DNA from: Deltaproteobacteria bacterium
GTDB taxonomy: Bacteria > Myxococcota_A > UBA796 > CAJQPC01
Direction: 5' to 3'
Length of the DNA stretch: 64,000 nucleotides
Assembly: GCA_016717595.1 (NCBI GenBank)
Contig: JADKFE010000001.1
Span: 182,445-246,444 of the forward strand
Below are positions 9,555-17,211 of the stretch, piece by piece (positions within the stretch are counted from its first letter, which is position 1; each line of letters starts with the position of its first letter). A model generated the notes under the pieces. The model was not told the origin of the DNA, made no database searches, and was given only the letters and a program-made list of their open reading frames with translations. Made by a program: the position numbers and the translations under genes.

Positions 9555-9593
9555 TCATTCTTTGAGGCGATCTTTTCGACCACTCGTAGACCG

Positions 9594-10832
9594 CTACCCC
9601 TCCCCCCTCTGCCACCGCGGCACCATCCACTCCCACTTCACCGCGCTCTCCGTCGGCAGCACCACCTCAAAGATCCGCTCCTTCCCCTGAAACTGCAGCC
9701 GCCGCCGCATCTCCACCGACGTCGCCCGCAGCTCCGTGAACGGCAACCGCCAGCTCGCGGGCGCCTTGGGCGTCGGATGTAAGCTCAGCCCCTCCGCCGT
9801 GAGCCGCAGGTGCCCCACGCCCAGGGGCACGGCGTCGTCTTCGGTGACGTCGAGGAGCTCCGCGCGCTCGGACTCCATCACGACACCTTCGGCGGAGAAG
9901 CGGGCGAGGTCGGCGGCGCGGCGCAGGGTGACCAGGGCCTTCGCGGCGGTGACGGCTTCAGCGATGGGGCGCTCGCCGCCGGGGCCGCGTAGGGTCAGCT
10001 CGGGGGTGACGGTGTAGACGGCGAGGCAGGCGGTGCAGTGGAGCGTGTCGCCGCGCTCGGCCAGGCTGTCGAACACGCCGCAGCGGGGGCAGGCGAAGAG
10101 CGCGTTGGCGAGGCCCACGGCGAGCCCTCCGCCGCGCACGGGGAACCTTTGGCTGTCTTTGGCCCAGAGCTGAACACGCTGCTCTAGGAGGGGCCGCAGC
10201 TCCTTGGGTGAGCGCTCGTGCAGCGCCTCGGGCGGGTCCAGCTCGATATGAATTCGGCCCCAGCGCGGCTTGGGCGCCCAGCGGGGCCACACGCGGTCGG
10301 CGTTGTGCAGGCGCGCGGTCACCACGGGGGCCTTCATCAAACGCACGAGCTTCTCGATGCCGTCGAGCAGAGGCAAGGGCTCGCCGTCCCAGGAGCGCTG
10401 GCCCTCGGGGAACAGGCCCACGGCGGCGTCGAGCTCACGCCAGGCGATGAGCTGCTTCACCGCGCGCAGATCGGCGCTGAACTTCTTCTTGGGCACCGCG
10501 CCGAGCCAGCCCACAAAACGCCCCACGGGGCCCTCCTGCAGCAAGGCCTGGGTCGCCATAAAATGCACCGGGCGGTTCACGGCGATGGTGAGCAGGATGG
10601 GGTCCAGGGCGGTCTGGTGGTTTGAGAGCAGAAAGACCGGGCCCTCTTTGGGGAAATGCTCAAGGCCGCTCACGGAGATCGGCACACGCGGGCTCAGGCC
10701 CAGGCGAAACGTCGGGATGAGCCAACGCATCGCGCGCTGAATCATGGCGAGGTTCTCGGGGCTCGGCGGGGTCGCGGGGTTTCGGTGCAGGGCCATGTCG
10801 CCTCGCAGGAGGGGAACGGGGCAGGGCGCCAC
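9594..10832 (-). CDS. PlsC-type acyltransferase with C-terminal Cys4 zinc-ribbon region
   Basis: HX4D motif 'LSNHQTALDPILL', 'LFPEGQRS', later 'CPRCG...CTAC'. The start is ambiguous (10832, 10796 or 10745). Confidence 0.7.
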   Translation of the reverse strand: MAPCPVPLLRGDMALHRNPATPPSPENLAMIQRAMRWLIPTFRLGLSPRVPISVSGLEHFPKEGPVFLLSNHQTALDPILLTIAVNRPVHFMATQALLQEGPVGRFVGWLGAVPKKKFSADLRAVKQLIAWRELDAAVGLFPEGQRSWDGEPLPLLDGIEKLVRLMKAPVVTARLHNADRVWPRWAPKPRWGRIHIELDPPEALHERSPKELRPLLEQRVQLWAKDSQRFPVRGGGLAVGLANALFACPRCGVFDSLAERGDTLHCTACLAVYTVTPELTLRGPGGERPIAEAVTAAKALVTLRRAADLARFSAEGVVMESERAELLDVTEDDAVPLGVGHLRLTAEGLSLHPTPKAPASWRLPFTELRATSVEMRRRLQFQGKERIFEVVLPTESAVKWEWMVPRWQRGEG

Positions 10833-11078
10833 GCTAACCCATCCAGGCGCCCCGATGAAGCCCCCCAGCGGTCAAGGCTTCGTGGGGAGCCGCGCGGGAG
10901 GCGAGGGGAGGGCGGCGCGGCGACGATCGTCGGGGAGGCCGCGCGCACCGACGCCCGGCGCGGCGGGATCACGGCCCCACCACGAGACCAACCCGCCGAG
11001 CCCCTCATAGGCGGCGCCTCACCCGCTCACGATGAACGATTCCGCCCCACATCTCCGCGACGGTGTAGACTCCCCGCT

Positions 11079-11954
11079 ATGCCTGGGCTCATTCAGCGAC
11101 TCGTCGGACCCCCGATCTCCCCCGAAACCCTCGCGGCGCTCAAGGCGACGTCCGCGGTGAACTCCGCGGGCTACGACCCCTGGGGCCTCAACCCCGAGTA
11201 CGCCGCCGAGGCCACCCGTTACTTCTCGTTTCTGTACCGCCACTGGCTGCGGGTGGAGACCCACGGCTTAGAGAACGTGCCCCAAGGCCGGGTGATGCTC
11301 GTGCCAAATCACGGCGGGCAGCTCCCTCTGGACGGCATGATGGTCGGCCTCGCCATGGCGCTCGAGGCCAGCCCGCCGCGGGTGGTGCGCGGCATGGTCG
11401 AGCGCTGGTTCCCCAGCCTGCCGTTTGTCTCGACGCTGTTTGTGCGCTGTGGGCAGGTGGTCGGCGACCCCGAGAACTGTGAGGCGCTCTTGCGCCGTGA
11501 ACAGTGCATCATGGTGTTCCCCGAGGGCGTGCGCGGCAGCGGCAAGCTCTGGTCTGAACGATACCGCCTGCAAGAGTTTGGCTCGGGTTTTGTGCGCATC
11601 GCGCTGGAGACCCGCACCCCCATCGTGCCCGTGGCGATCATCGGCTGTGAAGAGACCTACCCCGCGATCTACAACGCCAAGACCCTCGCCAAGCTCATGG
11701 ACGCGCCGTATCTGCCGGTGACGCCCACCTGGCCGCTTCTGGGGCCGCTCGGCGCGTTGCCCCTGCCGGTGAAGGTGCAGCTCTATTTTGGCAAGCCCAT
11801 CCTGTTCAGCGGTGATCCCGACGAGCCCGATGAGAAGACCCACGCTCGGGTGGAGCAGGTCAAATCCACGCTGCAGGGCATGATCGACGAGGGCCTGCGC
11901 GCTCGCCCCCGGCTCAAGGCCCTCGACCGCCTCGCGCGCTGGGGGCGCCCATGA
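11079..11954 (+). CDS. lysophospholipid/glycerol-phosphate acyltransferase family protein
   Basis: 'LVPNHGGQLPLDG' and 'VFPEGVRGSG' acyltransferase motifs. The ATG at 11079 is preferred. The track's upstream extension from 10656 is Arg/Gly-rich junk. Confidence 0.7.
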   Translation: MPGLIQRLVGPPISPETLAALKATSAVNSAGYDPWGLNPEYAAEATRYFSFLYRHWLRVETHGLENVPQGRVMLVPNHGGQLPLDGMMVGLAMALEASPPRVVRGMVERWFPSLPFVSTLFVRCGQVVGDPENCEALLRREQCIMVFPEGVRGSGKLWSERYRLQEFGSGFVRIALETRTPIVPVAIIGCEETYPAIYNAKTLAKLMDAPYLPVTPTWPLLGPLGALPLPVKVQLYFGKPILFSGDPDEPDEKTHARVEQVKSTLQGMIDEGLRARPRLKALDRLARWGRP

Positions 11955-12886
11955 GCGTGCTCATCACCGGCGCGGCCGGGGCGCTCGCGGCGCTGGTCAC
12001 CCAGAGGCTTGAGGGCGGCGAGCCCCTGGTGGGCGTCGATCTGCGCCCGATGCGCGCCGAGCGGCCCTTCCCCGGGGACTACATCCAGCTCAATCGGTAC
12101 TCCAGCCGCCGCATGGCGGACGTGTTCCGCAAATACAAACCTCGGCTGGTGATTCATCTGGGCGTACGCGCCGGGTTTCAGCGGTCGATGCAAGATCGTT
12201 ACACCAACAACGTCTTGGGCACCCGGCACCTGCTCCAGCTCTGTGAACGATACCCCGTGCAGCGGGTGGTGGCGCTCTCGACCTACCACGTCTACGGCGC
12301 CCACCAGCACAACGCCGTGGGCATCCGTGAGGACGCCCCCCTGCGCGCCTCGCAGATCTTCCCTGAGCTCGCCGACGCCGTCGAGCTCGATCACACCCTC
12401 ACCACGTTTATGTGGCGCCAGCGGCAGGTCTCCACGATCGTGCTGCGTCCGTGTAACGTCATCGGCCCCACGCTCAACAACCAGATCAGCCGCCTGCTCC
12501 GTAGCCAGCGCAGCCCTCGACTGTTGGGCTTTGATCCCATGCTGCAGTTTATGCACGAGGACGACGCCGCCCGGGCCATCGCGCTGGCCTGCCAGTCCAA
12601 CCGCTGGGGCGTGTACAACGTCGCCGGGGAGGGCACGATCCCCTATGAAGAGGCCATCCGCCACGCCGGGGGCCGCCCGGTGCCGATCCCCAGCTTCCCG
12701 GCCTACGTCGCGGTCTCGTTGTTGTGGCGGCTGCGCCTGATCTTCCCCCAGCACCTCATGGACTATTTCCGATACCCCACGGTGATCGACGACTCGTCGT
12801 TCCGCAAAGAGCTGGGCTTTGAGCCCAACCACAACACCTTAGAGACCTTGGCGAGCCTGCGACTGTCGCCTCCGCGGCGGAGCTGA
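11951..12886 (+). CDS. NAD-dependent epimerase/dehydratase (SDR) family protein
   Basis: N-terminal 'VLITGAAGALAA' Rossmann motif, an STYHVYG region, and ATGA coupling to the acyltransferase. Confidence 0.75.
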   Translation: MSVLITGAAGALAALVTQRLEGGEPLVGVDLRPMRAERPFPGDYIQLNRYSSRRMADVFRKYKPRLVIHLGVRAGFQRSMQDRYTNNVLGTRHLLQLCERYPVQRVVALSTYHVYGAHQHNAVGIREDAPLRASQIFPELADAVELDHTLTTFMWRQRQVSTIVLRPCNVIGPTLNNQISRLLRSQRSPRLLGFDPMLQFMHEDDAARAIALACQSNRWGVYNVAGEGTIPYEEAIRHAGGRPVPIPSFPAYVAVSLLWRLRLIFPQHLMDYFRYPTVIDDSSFRKELGFEPNHNTLETLASLRLSPPRRS

Positions 12887-12889
12887 GCC

Positions 12890-13819
12890 GTGGAGCGCGC
12901 GCTCACACCGCTGATGGCGCGCTGGGCTGAGGAGGCGCTCGGCGCCGCGCCGCCAGAGGAGCCCGAGGCCACCTGCCACAGCTGTGTGATGTGTACGCCC
13001 GAGCCCGGGCCGCGGTTTTTGCCCGACGTGAAGTGCTGCATGTACCTCCCGGCGCTCAAGAACTTCCAGGTGGGCCTCGCCCTGCGCACCGAGGAGGGCC
13101 GCCGCACCACCTTGCCGCGCCTGGCCGACCCGCGAAACGTCACGCCCTTGGGGCTCACCCGCGGCGACGCGCAGGTTGGGCCCCTACGTCGGGCCTTGGC
13201 TGAAGGGCGCTTTGGGCAGGCCCCGGCCTTGGTCTGCCCCCACTTTGACGCCGTTGAGGGCGGACGATGTACGATCTGGGCCGCCCGAGACGCCGTCTGC
13301 GCGACCTGGTTCTGCCGTGTGTCGCGGGGGGCCCGAGGGCGCGGGGCCTGGCATGAGCTGCACAACCTGCTCACGGAGCTTGAGGAGCTCGTCGCCCGGG
13401 TCGTCGCCCCACGTCTGGGTGAGGCGCCGGTCGCCGAGCCGAGCTGGGGGCCGTGGGCCGGGCGCGCCGAGGCCTATTATGGCCGCTGCGCTGAGCTGGC
13501 CGAGGCGTTTGCCTGGGATGAGCTGCGGCGTCTGGGCGGCTTCGCCGTTCGATTTCGCCAGCGCAACGCCCGAGAGGCCCAGCGGGCCCGGGAGGTGTTT
13601 GAGCCGATCGTGTGGGATGTCCCCGGTCGCTGGGCGCTGGGCGCCGCGCGGACAGAGCGCGGCGAAGATGGCCTCGTCTACGCCTTTGGTGACGGCCCGT
13701 ATCAGCCGGTGCTGCTCACCGAGGCGCAGTGGGCGGACGTTCAGGCGGGCGGCGGCCCGGCGCTGAGCGACGCTTTGGCCCGGCGGCTCGTCGATCATCA
13801 CGTCTGGGTGGCCCCCTGA
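12890..13819 (+). CDS. hypothetical Cys-rich protein
   Basis: 309-aa ORF with Cys clusters 'CHSCVMC', 'KCCMY', 'CPHF..GGRCTIW...CATWFC'. Family not recognised. Confidence 0.4.
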   Translation: MERALTPLMARWAEEALGAAPPEEPEATCHSCVMCTPEPGPRFLPDVKCCMYLPALKNFQVGLALRTEEGRRTTLPRLADPRNVTPLGLTRGDAQVGPLRRALAEGRFGQAPALVCPHFDAVEGGRCTIWAARDAVCATWFCRVSRGARGRGAWHELHNLLTELEELVARVVAPRLGEAPVAEPSWGPWAGRAEAYYGRCAELAEAFAWDELRRLGGFAVRFRQRNAREAQRAREVFEPIVWDVPGRWALGAARTERGEDGLVYAFGDGPYQPVLLTEAQWADVQAGGGPALSDALARRLVDHHVWVAP

Positions 13820-13844
13820 GGGTGATCTGGGCTATGCTCTTGAG

Positions 13845-14693
13845 ATGAGCCCATCCGACCTCTTCTGTGATGTGTCCTTCGCCGCCCGCGTCGAGCGCGC
13901 GGACTGCCTGCTCCTCGCCGAGGCCTGTGTCTCCACGGCGCGGCGCCTCGACGGCGTGCTGGCCGCGCCCCTCGGCGGGGGGTTCGTCAGCTACGCCGAG
14001 CCCGGCTCGCCCCTGAACAAGATCGCGGGCTTAGGCTTCGCGCCGCTGCACCTTGGAGACCTCGCGGCGGCAGAGGAGCGTGTGCTCGCCCGGGGCGGCC
14101 CCGTCCAGGTAGAGCTCTCGTCGTTGGGAGACCCGGCCATCGGCCAGGCGCTCACCCGCCGGGGCTATGTGCTCATGGGGGTGGAGCAGGTGCTCGGCCG
14201 CAGAGTCACCCCCGCCGACGCCGAGGCGCCCCTCCCCGACGGCGTGACCGTCACCGAGTCCCCGCTCTCGGGGTTAGAGGGCTGGTTGCAGCTCCTCACC
14301 GAGGGCTTCTTGAGCCCCGACGGTCAAGGAGTAAAGTCCCACGAGACGTTTGAGCAGGCCACGCTCACACAGACGATGCGCGACTTTGCGCAGACTGAGG
14401 GCATGACTCGGTTTGTCGCCGCGGTGAACGGTCAGCCCGCCGGGGGGGCCTCCCTCCGTCTCACCGACGGGATCGCCCAGCTCTGCGGCGCGGCGACGCT
14501 CCCGGCCCTTCGACGCCGCGGTGTACAGACCGCGATGTTGACGGCGCGCCTCGCCTTGGCGGCCCAGGCGGGCGCCGATCTCGCGGTGATCACCACCATG
14601 CCCGGCAGCCGCTCCATGCAGAACGCCCAGCGCCGCGGGTTTGTGCCGCTCTACGTCCGGAACATGCTCGTGCTCGCCCCGGACGCCGCATGA
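13845..14693 (+). CDS. GNAT-family N-acetyltransferase (putative)
   Basis: The C-terminal 'LPALRRRGVQTAMLTARLALAAQAGADL' resembles the acetyl-CoA-binding Q/RxxGxG/A segment of GNATs. Confidence 0.55.
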   Translation: MSPSDLFCDVSFAARVERADCLLLAEACVSTARRLDGVLAAPLGGGFVSYAEPGSPLNKIAGLGFAPLHLGDLAAAEERVLARGGPVQVELSSLGDPAIGQALTRRGYVLMGVEQVLGRRVTPADAEAPLPDGVTVTESPLSGLEGWLQLLTEGFLSPDGQGVKSHETFEQATLTQTMRDFAQTEGMTRFVAAVNGQPAGGASLRLTDGIAQLCGAATLPALRRRGVQTAMLTARLALAAQAGADLAVITTMPGSRSMQNAQRRGFVPLYVRNMLVLAPDAA

Positions 14694-15916
14694 CGCCGCC
14701 CCGCGCGCTGCTCCTGCCGCTGCTCCTGCTCACGGCCTGCCCCCAAGCCCGGCGGGTGGAGGCGCCAGCGCGGAAGCCCACGGTCATCTTGATCTCCGTC
14801 GATGGTCTACGCGCCGATTACCCCGAGCGCACCAACCTCCCCACCATCGCCCGGCTGGCCGCTGAGGGGGTGCGCGCCGAGGCGATGGTGCCCGTCTTCC
14901 CCTCCAAGACCTTCCCCAACCACTACAGCCTCGTCACCGGACTGTGGGCAGAAGAGCACGGCATCTTAGACAACACGATCTATGATCCAGACACAGACGA
15001 GTGGTTCTCGATGACCGACTCCGCCGCCGTGTCCGACGCCCGCTGGTGGGGCGGCGAGCCCATCTGGGTGACGGCCGAGCGCCAGGGCGTGATCACCGCC
15101 ACCTGCTTCTGGCCCGGCAGCGAGGCGCCCATCGGCGGCGTGCGCCCCACCTACTATGTGCCGTACAACGGCGGGATGCCCTACGAGGACCGCGTGGGCT
15201 TGGTGCTGGACTGGCTTGATGAGGAGGCGCCGCCCCAGCTCATCACCGTGTATTTTGACGAGCCCGACGGCGCGGGGCACAAACACGGGCCCGATGATCC
15301 AGCCGTGGGGGACGCCGCGCAGGAGGTTGACGAGGCCCTGGCGCGCCTGATCGACGGCTTAGAGGCGCGGGGCCTCCTCGACGACGTACACGTCTTGATC
15401 ACCGCCGATCACGGCATGGCGAACATCAGCCTCGACCGTGTGGTGTTCGTCGATGACTACCTCAACGCCCAGCAGCTCCAGACGATCACCTGGACGCCTG
15501 TGTTGAGCTTCTACCCCACTGAAGGACTGAGCGCTGAAGAGGCTGTCACCGCCTTAAACCAGTCCCCACACCTTCGCTGCGCCAAAAAAGAGGATCGCCC
15601 GCCCGAACAGCACCTCTCCAGCCACCCGCGCCTGCCCCCGGTGATCTGTGACGCGGACGAGGGCTGGTCGATCTCGGGCCGCGAGTGGTTCGGGGATTAC
15701 CAAGACCTCTACCAAGGGGGCGCCCATGGCTACGACCCGGTGGTCGAGTCGATGCACGGCGTGATCCTCGGGCGTGGCCCCCGACTCAGCGGCGGTCGCG
15801 CCGTGGGCCCCACCCGCGCCGTGGACGTCTACAACCTGCTCGCCGCGCTCTTGCAGATCACACCGGCGACAAACTCCGGCGACCCCGCCGTGGCGGAGGA
15901 GTGGCTGGGGGAGTGA
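14690..15916 (+). CDS. ectonucleotide pyrophosphatase/phosphodiesterase (NPP, alkaline-phosphatase superfamily) lipoprotein
   Basis: Lipobox 'LLLTAC'. 'ISVDGLRADY', 'FPSKTFPNHYSLVTG' (nucleophile Thr), 'DEPDGAGHKHGP', 'ITADHGM'. Confidence 0.8.
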   Translation: MTPPRALLLPLLLLTACPQARRVEAPARKPTVILISVDGLRADYPERTNLPTIARLAAEGVRAEAMVPVFPSKTFPNHYSLVTGLWAEEHGILDNTIYDPDTDEWFSMTDSAAVSDARWWGGEPIWVTAERQGVITATCFWPGSEAPIGGVRPTYYVPYNGGMPYEDRVGLVLDWLDEEAPPQLITVYFDEPDGAGHKHGPDDPAVGDAAQEVDEALARLIDGLEARGLLDDVHVLITADHGMANISLDRVVFVDDYLNAQQLQTITWTPVLSFYPTEGLSAEEAVTALNQSPHLRCAKKEDRPPEQHLSSHPRLPPVICDADEGWSISGREWFGDYQDLYQGGAHGYDPVVESMHGVILGRGPRLSGGRAVGPTRAVDVYNLLAALLQITPATNSGDPAVAEEWLGE

Positions 15917-16096
15917 TCGGGGGAGTGACAGCGAGGACGGGGCGTGCGCGGGCGTCGGCGGCGCCCGCCTCAGTCGCTCACGGCGCCGCGGGCGAGGCCC
16001 CAAGAGGCCGTCGTCGACGTGTGGTTGCCCCTCGCGCCCCCGGCCCATTGATGCTACGCTGAGTGCTCAACGCCTCGCCCCCCTCAGGAGAACCCC

Positions 16097-17197
16097 ATGC
16101 TGCTCTTCGCCCTGCTCTCGCTCACCGGCTGCGTCACCGAGACGGGCATCGTCAAAGGCGGCGACGACGACACCGGCTGCGCCCCCAACGTCGTGTATGA
16201 CGACCTCGACGGCGACGGCTACGGCGCGGGGGAGCCCATCGCGGCCTGCGGCCCCGCCGAGAGCGGTCAGGTGATCGTCAACGGCGACTGTGACGACTCC
16301 AACCCCGACGTCTCCCCGGCGGCGATTGAGCAGTGCAACGACGTAGACGACGACTGTGACGGCGACGTAGACGACGGCGTCGGCGGCGCGACCTGGTACG
16401 CCGACGAGGACGGCGACGGCGTCGGCGGCGCGATGACGACGGGCTGTGAGGCCCCGGACGGCGCGCTCACCACCGGCGGCGACTGTGATGACAACAACGC
16501 CAACATCGCCCCCGGCGTGCCCGAGCTGTGTGACGGTGTGGACCAAGACTGCGACACCTTCATCGACGAGGACGCTGAAGACGCCACCACCTGGTACTAC
16601 GACGGCGACGCGGACGGCTACGGCGTCGAGCCCTCAGTAAAAAACTGCGCCCAGCCCCCGGGCTTCGTGTCGAACGACGACGACTGTGACGACACCGACG
16701 CCGCCTTGGCCCTTGACTGTGAGACGGGCGACCCCGCGGGCAGCGTCGTGTGCACCGGCGGCTATCTGCCCTACACCTTCACCGACACCAGCGCCACGGA
16801 GCCCGAGCTGATCCTCATGGGCGTGTATGAGCCCGACCCGTCCAGCGGCGGCGCCATCACCGTCGATATTGACCGTGGCGCCACGATGGTCCTGCACCTC
16901 TCCTCGTACACGGCCGTGGACTGGACGATCAACAACAACGCCGGGGCCACCATCGACGAGATCCTCGTCTCGGGCTATGAGGCCCAGACGGTCAACGCGC
17001 CGAGCGGCGTGCCCGTCACCATCCGCACGGCCGCCACCACGGGCACGAGCTTCGGCTACTTCTGCGGCTACAGCCTGCCCTACAACTACGGCGGCTGCGA
17101 CACCGACAAGCTCATCGCCGGGGTCGAGAGCTACACCGGGCTCACCATGGCGAGCTTCGCCGGGTGTTACCAGGCGCGCAGCTTTAAGGTGGAGTAG
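16097..17197 (+). CDS. lipoprotein with MopE-like putative metal-binding Cys/Asp repeats
   Basis: Lipobox 'LSLTGC' with a GGAG upstream. Repeats 'DCDDSNPDVSPAAIEQCNDVDDDCDG', 'DCDDNNANIAPGVPELCDGVDQDCD'. Confidence 0.6.
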   Translation: MLLFALLSLTGCVTETGIVKGGDDDTGCAPNVVYDDLDGDGYGAGEPIAACGPAESGQVIVNGDCDDSNPDVSPAAIEQCNDVDDDCDGDVDDGVGGATWYADEDGDGVGGAMTTGCEAPDGALTTGGDCDDNNANIAPGVPELCDGVDQDCDTFIDEDAEDATTWYYDGDADGYGVEPSVKNCAQPPGFVSNDDDCDDTDAALALDCETGDPAGSVVCTGGYLPYTFTDTSATEPELILMGVYEPDPSSGGAITVDIDRGATMVLHLSSYTAVDWTINNNAGATIDEILVSGYEAQTVNAPSGVPVTIRTAATTGTSFGYFCGYSLPYNYGGCDTDKLIAGVESYTGLTMASFAGCYQARSFKVE

Positions 17198-17211
17198 GCC
17201 CCGCCGGCCGC

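Noticed and set aside
10656-11078. N-terminal extensions offered by the ORF track: 10656..11078 on the acyltransferase, 17887..18759 on the TPP enzyme, 27602..28321 on the exonuclease, 60039..60899 on the phosphoesterase, 59868..60110 on the GT87-like gene and 25419..25790 on the 23634 gene.
   Set aside because: The extensions are compositionally junk, overlap neighbouring real genes, and internal starts with better context exist (SD-like purine runs, signal peptides or lipoboxes, 4-nt overlaps).
15948-15968. GC-rich hairpins after the NPP gene (gcgggcg-N7-cgcccgc, 15948-15968) and after ileS (cccccggc-agatc-gccggggg, 38694-38714), considered as terminators.
   Set aside because: The stems are short (7-8 bp) with no following T/U tract. 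In roughly 70% GC DNA such stems arise frequently by chance, so they are not called as features.
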